Shown here: positions 1 to 9,765 of the stretch, one piece after another | How the letters are laid out: each line of letters begins with the position of its first letter | Numbering within the stretch: position 1 is the stretch's first letter | Assembly (NCBI GenBank): GCA_963848295.1 | Contig: CAWKDB010000010.1 | Location: 4,032,001-4,096,000, forward strand | Source of the DNA: an uncultured delta proteobacterium | Lineage (GTDB): Bacteria; Myxococcota_A; Polyangia; Haliangiales; Haliangiaceae | Direction of reading: 5' to 3' | DNA length: 64,000 nt | Notes under the pieces: model-generated | Seen by the model: only the letters and a program-made list of their open reading frames with translations | What the model was told of the DNA's origin: nothing | The model's database searches: none | Program-made: the position numbers and the translations under genes

Positions 1-987
1 GTAGAACACGGTCATCAGGGTCAGGAACGCCGTGGTCGCGAGCATCATGATCAGCGAGATGCCCGCGCGCGAGCTCTTGAAGTAGCGGTCGGACAGCCAG
101 CCGGTGAGGTAAACGCCGGGCAGGCCGAGCAGATCGAACGCCGTGGCATACAGCCCGGCGGCGGTATCGTGATCGCCGCCGAGGTAGTTCTTGTTGATGA
201 AGTACGGTGCCCACGACCAGATCGCGTAGCGGATGAACTTCACGAAGAAGTAGAACCCCGCGACGAGCATCAGGTTGACCCACGCGCTGCGGGTCAGCCC
301 CATGAAGCCATCGTTCGGGGGCGGCACGAGCTCGGGCGCCTTGCTCTCGTCGATTACCGTCACCGGATCGTCGATCGGCGCGAGCCCGAGATCCTCGGGC
401 CGATTCCGCTGCCAGTAGAAGAACAGCACCCAGATCGCGGTGAGCACCGCCGCGCCGGCGAAGAACGTCCACTGCCACGGCGCCGGCGTCGCGAGCGCGA
501 GGACAGCCGCGAGCGCCCAGCCCGAGATCAACGCGCCGATGTTGAAGTTCGTCGCCCACGCGCCCATCACCTTGCCGCGCTCGTGCTTGTGGAACCAACC
601 CGCCATCGTGCCGACGTTGCCGGACCATCCGGTCGCCTGGGCGAGACCGTTGACCGCGAACAGTCCGGCCATCACCCACGGCGACATCGTGATCCCCATC
701 GCGAGCGTCACGACCACCGAGATCGCCATCCCGAGCAGCACGTTCTTGCGCGGACCGAGCCGGGTGCCCATCGACGACGCGAGGAACTGACCGATCGCAT
801 ACGTGATGAGGTACGCGGTGCCGATGTTGCCGAGCGTCACCTGGTCCCAGTGGTTCTGCTCGCCGATCGCTTTCTTCGCGACCGTGAACGGCTTGCGGCA
901 GAAGTAGTAGCCGACGTACGACAGGTAGGTCGCGATGAACACGCGGCGCCGCCACACTCGGTGCGCCGCGGTCAACGGGGTTGCCAC
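1..987 (-). CDS. MFS transporter, GlpT/UhpT (organophosphate:Pi antiporter)-like; 3' end runs off the window
   Basis: Translated by hand (absent from ORF track): GTG at 987, VATPLTAAHRVWRRRVFIATYLSYVGYYFCRKPF...YLITYAIGQFL. The YYxxRK motif and multiple TM helices fit this family. Confidence 0.8.
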   Translation of the reverse strand, partial: MATPLTAAHRVWRRRVFIATYLSYVGYYFCRKPFTVAKKAIGEQNHWDQVTLGNIGTAYLITYAIGQFLASSMGTRLGPRKNVLLGMAISVVVTLAMGITMSPWVMAGLFAVNGLAQATGWSGNVGTMAGWFHKHERGKVMGAWATNFNIGALISGWALAAVLALATPAPWQWTFFAGAAVLTAIWVLFFYWQRNRPEDLGLAPIDDPVTVIDESKAPELVPPPNDGFMGLTRSAWVNLMLVAGFYFFVKFIRYAIWSWAPYFINKNYLGGDHDTAAGLYATAFDLLGLPGVYLTGWLSDRYFKSSRAGISLIMMLATTAFLTLMTVFY

Positions 988-989
988 TG

Positions 990-2303
990 CTACAGGCCCC
1001 GGATCCGGTCGTAGGCCGCGCCGAGACCGGCCGCGAGCTTGGCGTCGATGCCGACCGGCACATCGGGATCGATCGGATCGCCGACGGCAAGCACCGCGAC
1101 GACGTGACCGGAGACGCGGATCGGCGCTGCGGCTTGTGCCTCGGGATCACCGAGCAGCTTGGTCAGCCGGGCTTGGAGCTCGCCGCTCGGCACGTCACTC
1201 GACCGCCTGCGCATCGCGTACGCGCGCTGGATCAGCGACGGCGCCGCGAGCGGGAATGCGACCGAATCGAGCGGCGCGCACAAGCCGCGGCCGCGATAGC
1301 CGATCGCGATCGCATCTTTGATCGCGACGACCAGCACTGCTCTCCACTGCGTCGCGGCGAACTCGACGACGAGCTCGGTCGCCGCATCGCGCGAGGTCGC
1401 GGTCTCGAGTCCTGCGAGCACGTCGTCGAGCGTCGCCGGCGGCGGCGGTGCGGCAGGTGGCGGCGCGGTCACGATCACCGGAGACGACGCGCGCTGGGTC
1501 GGCGCGTTGAACACGTTGGCCGGCGGTGGCGGCGGCGGGCGGGGCGGCGGCGGCGCCTGGAATTTTTGTGTCGCTTGACGCGGGACCGTCGGCGGCGCGA
1601 TCGCGGCGGCTTGGCTCAGCGATAACGGCGGCGGCGGTGGTTGCGGCTTGGTCGGCGCGCGATTGATCGCGAACTGACCGCTCTGGGAGTAGTCCTTCGC
1701 GACCCGGCTGTCGTCGAGATCGGTCAGCGCGAGCCGGACGCTGTCGGGATCGAGCATGTCGAGATCCGGCAACGGCGGCTGGATCTCGAACACGTCCTCG
1801 TCCGCGTCGAGGTCGAGCGAGGGAATCGGCCCGGTCACGAGGTCGACGTCGAACTCGCCGTCCGGCGACGTGCCGTATGCTTGCGACACCAGGTGCTCGA
1901 GCCGGGTCGCGGGCGCGATCACCATCAGCACGGGCCCATCGACCGCGGCCTCGAGCGCCTGTTGCAGCGCTGGATCCGGGTCGCGCGCGCACACGATGAG
2001 CTCGCCATCGCGGCGTCGGCCGATCGCGATCGCGCACGCCGCGCGCCCGAGCTCGGCGGGAAGCAACCGCGCGAGCGTGGTGTCGCGATTCGCGAGGTGC
2101 TTCGTCAACGCGCACGCCACGCGCTTCTGTTCGCCGAGCGCGCGAGCCGCGTCATCGAATTCGAGCAGACCGCGCGCGATCAGCAGCGAGCACAGCCGCT
2201 TGCCGGTCGCGCGCTGTTCGCCGAGAGAGCGCTGCAAGTCATTCGGCTTGACCAGCCGTCGTTCGAGCAGGATGTCGCCGATGCGTTTCATCGGGCTGAC
2301 CAT
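990..2303 (-). CDS. MshEN/GSPII-E N-terminal domain protein without ATPase; Pro-rich linker and GAF-like C-terminus
   Basis: Tandem RIGDILLERRLV...L..SL..Q and RLCSLLIARGLL...AL..Q motifs; no Walker A. Confidence 0.7.
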   Translation of the reverse strand: MVSPMKRIGDILLERRLVKPNDLQRSLGEQRATGKRLCSLLIARGLLEFDDAARALGEQKRVACALTKHLANRDTTLARLLPAELGRAACAIAIGRRRDGELIVCARDPDPALQQALEAAVDGPVLMVIAPATRLEHLVSQAYGTSPDGEFDVDLVTGPIPSLDLDADEDVFEIQPPLPDLDMLDPDSVRLALTDLDDSRVAKDYSQSGQFAINRAPTKPQPPPPPLSLSQAAAIAPPTVPRQATQKFQAPPPPRPPPPPPANVFNAPTQRASSPVIVTAPPPAAPPPPATLDDVLAGLETATSRDAATELVVEFAATQWRAVLVVAIKDAIAIGYRGRGLCAPLDSVAFPLAAPSLIQRAYAMRRRSSDVPSGELQARLTKLLGDPEAQAAAPIRVSGHVVAVLAVGDPIDPDVPVGIDAKLAAGLGAAYDRIRGL

Positions 2304-2319
2304 GTTGCCATGCCCGCCG

Positions 2320-2823
2320 TCATGGCTGATCGACGAGCCGCCTCAGATTCGGTGCGATCTGAGCCACCGCGCGGTCACCTTTGACCGATCCGGCGATCTG
2401 CCGACCGGTGGGGTGACCGTCGGCGGTCGGGATCGCGAACAGCGGGATCATCGTGTACTTGAAGCCGGCGGCGGTGAGGCGCGGGTCGTCGCGATCGGCA
2501 TCGAACACCACGAGCCGGAGATCACCGAGCGTCGCGTCGAGCTCGCCCGCGACCGCGGCGGCGTGAAACCGTTGGCACGGCTCGCACCACGACGCACCGA
2601 CGTAGACGACGAGCTTCTTGCCGTCGGCCTTGGCCTTCGCGATCAGGGGTGCGAGGTACGCGGGGACGTCGCCGCTCGGCGCGGCGTCGATCAGCTCGAG
2701 GTGTTGCCGCAGCGGGGCGGCGGCAGCGCGGCGGTCTGGGGTCGAATCGCCTGCCTGGCACGCCGCCAGCGCGACGACGATGGCAAGAGCGCGATGCATC
2801 CGCCGCGACGATACCTCGGTCAT
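2320..2823 (-). CDS. thioredoxin-fold lipoprotein
   Basis: C-terminal part of the 570-aa ORF. ATG 2823 overlaps the upstream stop (alternative ATG 2799); lipobox LAAC; YVGASWCEPC. Confidence 0.8.
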   Translation of the reverse strand: MTEVSSRRMHRALAIVVALAACQAGDSTPDRRAAAAPLRQHLELIDAAPSGDVPAYLAPLIAKAKADGKKLVVYVGASWCEPCQRFHAAAVAGELDATLGDLRLVVFDADRDDPRLTAAGFKYTMIPLFAIPTADGHPTGRQIAGSVKGDRAVAQIAPNLRRLVDQP

Positions 2824-4016
2824 GCGACCCGTGGGCGCGCCGGATCGACGCGCACGGGATCGAGCTGCTTCGCCGCGAATCGGGACAGCAGCTCGCTGGT
2901 GCCGTGGCGGCGCGCCAGAGCCAGCTCCTCGGGATAGAGCGGGCACACCGCGAGGAACTCGACCGTGCGGCCGACGATCGCGAGCGGTGGCACCCGCGAG
3001 CTCGCGAGGAACAGCACCGCATCGAAGTCGGTCGCCCGCGGCCCGTCCGGCGGCGACATCGGGCCGGTCGTCTCGCGCGGTCGATACTCGATCGAGTGAC
3101 GATGCGGCGTGCGCGCGAGGAAGCGCAGCCAGGCCATCGGCCAGAACCAGCGCGGATCGGTCAGGTCGGCCTCTCCGAACCGCCAGCCCGCGGGCAGCTC
3201 GATCACGAGCTCGGTGTAGATGCCGGCGCCGGTCCCGTCGAGTCCGACCGGGAACAACGGGCGCTCGGCCATGCCACTGGTCGCGAGCGCGACGCCGCGC
3301 TCGGTCGATATCGCGTGGAGATCGACATGGACCCAGCGCGAGTCGCGATCGTGATAGACCGACGTGATCGGCGCGACGTGGTGCGTGAGGTGCGCCGCCA
3401 CCGCCTCGATCAGCACGCGATCGCCATCGCTCTTGGTCGCAGGCTTCTCGGGGAGCCGACCGTGCTCGATCACCGGTTGAGCGCGCGGTCGTTGGCTGCC
3501 GCTCGCGAGCCACGCCCGGTAGCGCGCGATCGCCGCGGCGTGATCGCCGCCGTCGCCGAGCACACCGCGCAGCGCAGCGGCGAGGCCCGCGCGCTGAGCC
3601 TCGACCGCGCGCGCGACCCGCGGCTCGCGCATCAGCTCGGCGAGCGGCTGCTTCGGGTGCGCCGCGATCACCGGCCTGGCCTCGGGCTTCATCGACCACA
3701 GCGTCGCGGGCACGAGCGTCTCGAGTGTGGCGAGCGCGCTCGCGCGCGCGTCGGCATCGCCGAGCGCGATCACGTAGAGCGCGACCACGAACGGTGAGGG
3801 CTCGACCGCCGCAGCGCGCGCGCGCGCGACCTCGGCCGAGGTCGCATCGCCGCATGCCCAGCGCTCGATCACCTCGATCGCATCGCGGGTCGCTGGCTTG
3901 ACCCTGTCGAGCGACGGCGCGAGCTGCCGGATCAACAGGCACGCACCGAGCGCGCAGAGCTCGCGATCGGCGGCGAGCCCGCGCAGCAGCACACCGAGGT
4001 CCAGATGATCCGCCAC
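2820..4016 (-). CDS. SUFU (suppressor of fused)-like domain protein with N-terminal helical immunity-like domain
   Basis: C-terminal HVDLH...LATSGM...TELVIELP...WPMAWL..LAR...FLAVCPLYPEEL pattern. Confidence 0.7.
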   Translation of the reverse strand: MADHLDLGVLLRGLAADRELCALGACLLIRQLAPSLDRVKPATRDAIEVIERWACGDATSAEVARARAAAVEPSPFVVALYVIALGDADARASALATLETLVPATLWSMKPEARPVIAAHPKQPLAELMREPRVARAVEAQRAGLAAALRGVLGDGGDHAAAIARYRAWLASGSQRPRAQPVIEHGRLPEKPATKSDGDRVLIEAVAAHLTHHVAPITSVYHDRDSRWVHVDLHAISTERGVALATSGMAERPLFPVGLDGTGAGIYTELVIELPAGWRFGEADLTDPRWFWPMAWLRFLARTPHRHSIEYRPRETTGPMSPPDGPRATDFDAVLFLASSRVPPLAIVGRTVEFLAVCPLYPEELALARRHGTSELLSRFAAKQLDPVRVDPARPRVA

Positions 4017-4047
4017 CCACCGGATCCATCACGGACGAGGCTGCCGG

Positions 4048-4911
4048 TCAAGCGGCGGGCTCGGTTCGCAACGTCGTCGCGGTGCGCGGCCGCGTCGCGC
4101 GCACGACCACGGCGCCGATCACGATCGCACCGCCCGCGAGCGCCCATGGCCCCGGGCGTTCACCGAACGCGAGCGCGACCCAGACCGGCGATGCGATCGG
4201 CTCGATCACGGGCATCAGCATCGCTTCGAGCGCCGTGACATGGCGAATCGCACCCGCGTAGCACAGGTACGCGAGCGCTTGCTGGACGATGCCGAGCGCG
4301 ATCAGCGCGAGCCAGCCGTTCGCGTCGGGCGCCGGCGAGGCGAACCAAAACGGCAGGCCGAGCACCGCCGCGAGCGCGTTGCCCAGCAGCAATGGGCGCA
4401 GCGGATCGATGTTCGGATCGAGCGCCGCCTTGCGCATCGTGAGCGCACCGGCCGCGTAGGCGACGCCACCCGCCGCGGCGACGAGATTACCCGCGAAATG
4501 GTCGAGCGTGAGCTGTTCGACGAAGAACAGCGCGATCCCGACGATCACCGCCGCGATCGTCGCCCAATCGACCCGGCTCGCCCGCTCGCCGAGAAACCAC
4601 GCGCCGAGCAGTGCGACCCAGATCGGCGCCGAATACTGGATGAGGATCGCGTTCGCCGCGGTCGTCAGCTTGTTCGCGATGACGAACAGCCCGGTACTGA
4701 GGGCGAGCGCGCACGCGGCGGCCCATTCGGCGCGCGCGATGTTGCGCAACGACGGTCGGCGAATCGCGTAGAGCGCCAGCGCCGCGATCCCGCCGCGTAC
4801 TGACCAGATGGCTAGGGGATGCCACGCGACAAGTTTGATAAGTACGCCAGCGGTGCTCCAGCACAACCCACACGTCGCGAGCAGGACGAGCGCTCGCCGA
4901 TGTGCGGACAT
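4048..4911 (-). CDS. DMT/EamA family transporter
   Basis: About 10 TM helices; LCWSTAG, ANAILIQYSAPIWV, IEPI; ATG at 4911. Confidence 0.85.
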   Translation of the reverse strand: MSAHRRALVLLATCGLCWSTAGVLIKLVAWHPLAIWSVRGGIAALALYAIRRPSLRNIARAEWAAACALALSTGLFVIANKLTTAANAILIQYSAPIWVALLGAWFLGERASRVDWATIAAVIVGIALFFVEQLTLDHFAGNLVAAAGGVAYAAGALTMRKAALDPNIDPLRPLLLGNALAAVLGLPFWFASPAPDANGWLALIALGIVQQALAYLCYAGAIRHVTALEAMLMPVIEPIASPVWVALAFGERPGPWALAGGAIVIGAVVVRATRPRTATTLRTEPAA

Positions 4912-4939
4912 GTCGCACGCGAGGATATCAAATTCCGCG

Positions 4940-4972
4940 TTGACCATTCGCGAAAATGAACATAGATTCATT
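4940..4972 (+). promoter_or_regulatory. sigma70-type promoter (TTGACC-17 nt-TAGATT) overlapped by inverted repeat AATGAA-N6-TTCATT, probable TetR operator
   Basis: TTGACC 4940-4945; TAGATT 4963-4968; palindrome arms 4955-4960 and 4967-4972, directly before the tetR-family GTG. Confidence 0.7.
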
Positions 4973-4975
4973 CCG

Positions 4976-5575
4976 GTGAGTGTTCGTTCAGCCGCGCGGA
5001 AACCGACCGTCAAGCTGCGCGCTCGCGCCGCGGTCTCGACGGCGATCCTCGAAGCGGCCGAACAGGTCGCCGCCGAGCGTGGCCTCGATGCGACCTCGAC
5101 CTCCGCGATCGCGGAGCGTGCGGGAGTGGCGGTCGGCACGCTCTATAACTACTTCGTCGATCGCGAAGGTCTGGTCAGCGCGCTGTTCAAGTGGCGGCGC
5201 GATCAGATCGTGCCGGCGATCGTCAGCGCGGCCGAGAAGACGCGCTCGCTGCCCTTCGAACAACGCTTGCGCCGCTATCTCGGTGCGGTCGTCGAGGTGT
5301 TCGAGTCGTATCGGCAGTTCATTCGCGTCGCGATGTCGGCCGATCAATCGGGCATCAAGGTCAAAGGTCGCAACCCCGCGGTGCTCGCGATCGTGACCGA
5401 AGAGCTCGCCGAGATCCTCGGCCACGTCGCGCCCGATCACAGCGCCGAGTACGCGCGGGTGTTATTCGGTGGGCTCAAGGGGTTGCTCAACTGGCGGGTC
5501 GAGCGAGACGAGCCGATGGGTGCGGACGCGGCTCTCGTGATCGACATGTTCCTGTCCGGGGTCATGGCGGGATGA
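4976..5575 (+). CDS. TetR/AcrR family regulator
   Basis: ILEAAEQV...IAERAGVAVGTLYNYF HTH; first gene of the efflux operon. Confidence 0.9.
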   Translation: MSVRSAARKPTVKLRARAAVSTAILEAAEQVAAERGLDATSTSAIAERAGVAVGTLYNYFVDREGLVSALFKWRRDQIVPAIVSAAEKTRSLPFEQRLRRYLGAVVEVFESYRQFIRVAMSADQSGIKVKGRNPAVLAIVTEELAEILGHVAPDHSAEYARVLFGGLKGLLNWRVERDEPMGADAALVIDMFLSGVMAG

Positions 5576-7176
5576 GCGCACCGGTGAGCTACATCGGCGC
5601 GCCGCAGCCGGTCAACAAGTGGCTGGTCGCGGTCTCGATCGCTTTCGGCTCGCTGATGGCGACGATCGATTCGTCGATCGTCAACGTCGCGATGCCGAAT
5701 ATTCGCGGCGAGCTCGGCGCGAGCATCCAAGAGATCACGTGGATCTCGACCGCGTACATGGTCGCGATGGTGCTCGTCATGCCGCTGACCGGCTTCCTCG
5801 GCGGGTTCTTCGGCCAGAAGCGGGTCTATCTGCTGTCGATGATCACGTTCGTCACCGGATCGGCGCTGTGCGGCACCGCGCGCACGCTGCCCGCGCTCGT
5901 GTTCTATCGGATCCTCCAAGGTCTCGGCGGCGGCGCGCTGCAGCCGACCCAGCAGGCGATCCTGCGCCAGACGTTCCCGCCGGAAGAGCAGGGCATCGCG
6001 ATGGCGATGTTCGCGATGGTCGTGATGATCGGCCCCGCGGTCGGCCCGGTGCTCGGCGGCTACATCACCGACAACTACTCGTGGCCGTGGATCTTCTACA
6101 TCAACATGCCGGTCGGCTTGATCGGCATCTTGATGACGATCCAGAACGTGCACGAGCCCGACGACGTCCGCGTCGCCAACCGCGCGCGCGCCGAGGTCAT
6201 GCGCAGGAACCTCGATATCGCCGGCATCGTGCTGATGGTCATCGGCGTCGGTGCGCTGCAGTACCTGTTCGAAGAGGGGCCGCAAGACGATTGGTTCGAT
6301 TCGCTCGGGATCCGCATCGCCGCGTTTCTCTGCGTCCTGGGGATCGCCGGCTTCATCATACGAGAGCTCACCGCGACCGCGCCGGTCGTGAACTTGCGGC
6401 TGTTCAAGGACCCGACGTTCTCGTCCGCGACGTTGATCGCGTTCGTGATGTTCGGGATGTTGATGGGCAGCATGTTCCTGCTGCCGGTGTTCGCGCAGGA
6501 GAGCCTGCACTACACCGCGACCTTGTCGGGTATCGTGCTGATGCCGCGAACGCTCGCGATGATGGCGGTGTCGCCGATCGTCGGGCGGCTCTACAACAAG
6601 ATACAGCCCGCGTTCATCGTCGGGGTCGGCGTGGTCCTGTTCGCGATCGGCTCGTGGCAACTCAGCCACATCTCGCTCGAGACATCGTCGATCCAGATGA
6701 TCTTCCCGCTCGTGGTCACCGGTGCTGCGTTCGCGTGCTTGTTCGTGCCGCTCACGACCGCGGCGCTCAGCAAGATCGATCGTCACTTGATGGCCGACGC
6801 GGCCGGCCTCAACTCGTTCATGCGCCAGGTCGGCGGCTCGGTCGGGCTCACGATCTTCGCGACGATGTTCACGAACTATGCGATCGAGGCGAAGGCCGGG
6901 ATCGCGGCGCACTTGACGACGCTGCGGCCCGAGGTCGTCGCGTACTTCGCGCATATCAAAGCCGCGATCGTGGCGCACGGCTTCGATCCGGCGTCGGCGC
7001 AGATGGCAGCCGGTCGAGCGATCGGCGCCAGAGTCTACGAACAGGCGACGGTCCTCAGCTTCGATCGAGTGTTCATCACGCAGGGCGTGTTGTTCTTGGC
7101 GGTGATCCCGCTGTTGTTCTTCCTACGCGTGCCCCGGACTACCGAGAAGGTGCACGTCGAGCTACCGATGGAGTGA
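5572..7176 (+). CDS. DHA2 family MFS efflux permease (EmrB/QacA-like)
   Basis: IDSSIVNVA, WISTAY, RILQGLGGG, GPVLGGYITDNYSWPWIFYINMPVG. Confidence 0.93.
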   Translation: MSAPVSYIGAPQPVNKWLVAVSIAFGSLMATIDSSIVNVAMPNIRGELGASIQEITWISTAYMVAMVLVMPLTGFLGGFFGQKRVYLLSMITFVTGSALCGTARTLPALVFYRILQGLGGGALQPTQQAILRQTFPPEEQGIAMAMFAMVVMIGPAVGPVLGGYITDNYSWPWIFYINMPVGLIGILMTIQNVHEPDDVRVANRARAEVMRRNLDIAGIVLMVIGVGALQYLFEEGPQDDWFDSLGIRIAAFLCVLGIAGFIIRELTATAPVVNLRLFKDPTFSSATLIAFVMFGMLMGSMFLLPVFAQESLHYTATLSGIVLMPRTLAMMAVSPIVGRLYNKIQPAFIVGVGVVLFAIGSWQLSHISLETSSIQMIFPLVVTGAAFACLFVPLTTAALSKIDRHLMADAAGLNSFMRQVGGSVGLTIFATMFTNYAIEAKAGIAAHLTTLRPEVVAYFAHIKAAIVAHGFDPASAQMAAGRAIGARVYEQATVLSFDRVFITQGVLFLAVIPLLFFLRVPRTTEKVHVELPME

Positions 7177-7179
7177 TTT

Positions 7180-8427
7180 ATGGCAACCGAACAACCACAT
7201 CCCACGAACGGTAAAGAACCCTCGCCGACGCCGAAAGCGACAGTCGTCGCCCCGGTGCCAAAGAAGAGCAAGGCAAAGCGCGCGTACGCGTTGCTGGCCG
7301 GACTCTCGGCTGCCGCGGTCGGCGTGTACTTCATCCACGGCTACATCACGCGCAACGAAGTCTCGACCGATGACGCGGAAGTCGACGCCGATGTCGTGCC
7401 GGTCGCGGCGAGAGTGGGTGGCGTCGTGCTGCACATGGGGGTCGTCGACAACCAGAAGGTCAAGGCACGCGACGTGATCGCCGAGATCGATCCGGCGGAG
7501 TACACCGCCAGGGTGGCACAGGCTCAATACGAGCTCGATGCCGCGAACGATCAAGTGGAGGCGGCGAACCAGCAAGTCGGTATCGTGAAATCGATGTCGG
7601 CCGGCGGTTTGTCGTCGGCGCAAGCGATGTTGCAAGGCACCGGCGCCTCGGTGCGTTCGGCGGAAGCGCAAGTGCAGAGCGCGGCGGCGGCGCTCGCGCG
7701 TGCGAAGGCGGAGCAAGTAAAGGCCGATACCGACTTCCAGCGGGCGAAGACACTGCACGATGAAGGCGCGGTCAGCGGTCAAGCGCTCGAGACCGCGACG
7801 TCGGCACGCGACAGCGCTCGCGCGGCGGTCGACCAGGCGAACGCGAACCTCAGGGCCGCGCACGATCAGCAAGCGCTGTCCGAGTCGCGCGTCGCGGAAG
7901 CACGCGGTCACGTCGAACAGTCGACCTCGGTCGATGACCAGGTCGCGGCGGCGAACGCCGCGCTCAAGCACGCGGTGGATCACGTCAACGCCGCGAAGGA
8001 GGCGCTCAAGCTCGCGAAGCTCCAGGTCGAGTACGCGACGATCAGGGCACCGGTCACCGGCTACGTGTCGAAGCTCGGTGTGCACGAAGGCCAGATGGTG
8101 CAACCAGGGATGACGGTGGTCATGGTGGTACCCGCGACGTCGTACGTCGTCGCGAACTTCAAGGAGACGCAGATCGGTCGGATCCGCGCCGGCGATCCGG
8201 TCGATATTACGGTCGACGCGTTCGACACCACGTTCCACGGCAAGGTCGATAGCGTGTCGGCCGGTACGGGCGCGCGGTTCTCGATGATGCCGCCGGACAA
8301 CGCGACCGGAAACTTCGTGAAGGTCGTGCAGCGCGTGCCGGTGAAGATCAAGTGGGACGACGGACAAGACCTGTCGGAGCTTCACGCCGGATTGTCGGCC
8401 GAAGTTAAAGTCTATCTCCAGCATTGA
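7180..8427 (+). CDS. HlyD/EmrA family membrane fusion protein
   Basis: STDDA, IRAPVTG, ANFKETQ, PPDNATGNFVKVVQRVPVKI. Confidence 0.95.
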   Translation: MATEQPHPTNGKEPSPTPKATVVAPVPKKSKAKRAYALLAGLSAAAVGVYFIHGYITRNEVSTDDAEVDADVVPVAARVGGVVLHMGVVDNQKVKARDVIAEIDPAEYTARVAQAQYELDAANDQVEAANQQVGIVKSMSAGGLSSAQAMLQGTGASVRSAEAQVQSAAAALARAKAEQVKADTDFQRAKTLHDEGAVSGQALETATSARDSARAAVDQANANLRAAHDQQALSESRVAEARGHVEQSTSVDDQVAAANAALKHAVDHVNAAKEALKLAKLQVEYATIRAPVTGYVSKLGVHEGQMVQPGMTVVMVVPATSYVVANFKETQIGRIRAGDPVDITVDAFDTTFHGKVDSVSAGTGARFSMMPPDNATGNFVKVVQRVPVKIKWDDGQDLSELHAGLSAEVKVYLQH

Positions 8428-8432
8428 GCCAT

Positions 8433-9743
8433 ATGAGTCGAACCGCCATCGTCTCTGTCGTCCTCGGGCTCGCCGGCGTCGCGCACGCCGACGGCACGCC
8501 ACAAAAACAAACCCTCACGTTCGAAGGCGCGATCCAGCTCTCGCTCGGGCTCAATCCCGACGCCGCTGCCGCGAAGGAAGCGCTCGCCGGCTCCGAAGCG
8601 AAGGCCGCCGGCGTGCGCTCGCATCGCTGGGCCACGCTCAACGTCAACGCGGCGCTCGACTATTACACGGAGCCGTACGTCCTCGCGTTCGGGTCGCTCG
8701 GTTCGTTCGAGCTCCACAAGGAGGAGACGACCGCGACCATCGTCCAGATCAACCAACCGCTCAGTGGGCTCGCGTACCTGACCGAGCTCGTCGACGCGGC
8801 CGATCATCAGACCGCCGCGTCGAAGCACGACTACGATCGGACGCGGCTCGACATCGCCTACCACACCGCCGACGCCTACATCCGCCTGCTGCAAGCGCGC
8901 GCGAGCGCGGACGTCGCCCACAAGTCCGTCGCCGATATCCAGAGCGAGCTCGTGCGTGCGAAGCAGCTGCGCGCCGCCGACACCTATACCGACATCGACG
9001 TGCTGCGCTTCGAATCGGCGAAGGCGGGCGCGGATCAGACCGCGGTGAGAGCCGATGCGTCGATCGATAGCGCGCTCGGCGGCCTGACCGTCCAGCTCGG
9101 CTTGCCCGATGGTGCACCGATCGAGATCTCGGACGATCTGCCGGCGACGCCGCCGCCGCTCGCGATGACGCTCGAGCAAGCGCAGTCGCGCGCGCTCCAG
9201 GCGCGCCCCGAGCTCGGTAGCGCACGCGAACAGGTCGCGGCCGCCGACGACAGCCGCAAGGCGGCATGGGATCACTATTTGCCCGACGTGCGCGCGGTCG
9301 CGCAGTGGAACCACCTCACCCACGTCCAGCCGTTCGCCCCCGAGGACGAGTACTTCGTCGGCCTGACCGCGAACTGGACGGTCTGGGACTGGCTCGCGAC
9401 GCACCACGGCGTCGAAGAAGCGGAGCATGCGAAGTCGCGCGCGGCGATCGTAGCCGGCGCGCTCGTCGATCAGGTGAAGCTCGATGTCCGCAAGCATTGG
9501 CTCGTCGCGCGCGCCGCCCACGACAACCTCGCCTCGGCGAAGACCGAGCAACAAGCCGCCGACGAGGCGCTGCGGCTTCAGAAGGTCCGGTTCGACGCGG
9601 GTGCCGCGACGACGACCGACGTGCTCGATGCCGAGACCGACGCGGCACGCGCTCGGTTGTCCGCCGCGATCGCGCGCTACGACTACTACCTGGCGCTGGT
9701 CGCGCTCGCGCGTTCGGTTGGCGACCTGCCGAGCACGAAGTAG
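8433..9743 (+). CDS. TolC family outer membrane efflux protein
   Basis: Signal peptide; two outer-membrane efflux repeats (RFDAGAATTTDVLDAE); operon context. Confidence 0.88.
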   Translation: MSRTAIVSVVLGLAGVAHADGTPQKQTLTFEGAIQLSLGLNPDAAAAKEALAGSEAKAAGVRSHRWATLNVNAALDYYTEPYVLAFGSLGSFELHKEETTATIVQINQPLSGLAYLTELVDAADHQTAASKHDYDRTRLDIAYHTADAYIRLLQARASADVAHKSVADIQSELVRAKQLRAADTYTDIDVLRFESAKAGADQTAVRADASIDSALGGLTVQLGLPDGAPIEISDDLPATPPPLAMTLEQAQSRALQARPELGSAREQVAAADDSRKAAWDHYLPDVRAVAQWNHLTHVQPFAPEDEYFVGLTANWTVWDWLATHHGVEEAEHAKSRAAIVAGALVDQVKLDVRKHWLVARAAHDNLASAKTEQQAADEALRLQKVRFDAGAATTTDVLDAETDAARARLSAAIARYDYYLALVALARSVGDLPSTK

Positions 9744-9765
9744 CGCGATCCGGTATCGTGGGTCG

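Noticed and set aside
1430..1645. GGC-rich runs as DNA repeats
   Set aside because: They encode the Pro-rich linker of the MshEN-like protein.
2320..4032. 570-aa ORF as a single gene
   Set aside because: Only the last ~167 aa (thioredoxin lipoprotein) look coding; the rest is an Arg-rich alternative frame of the SUFU gene.
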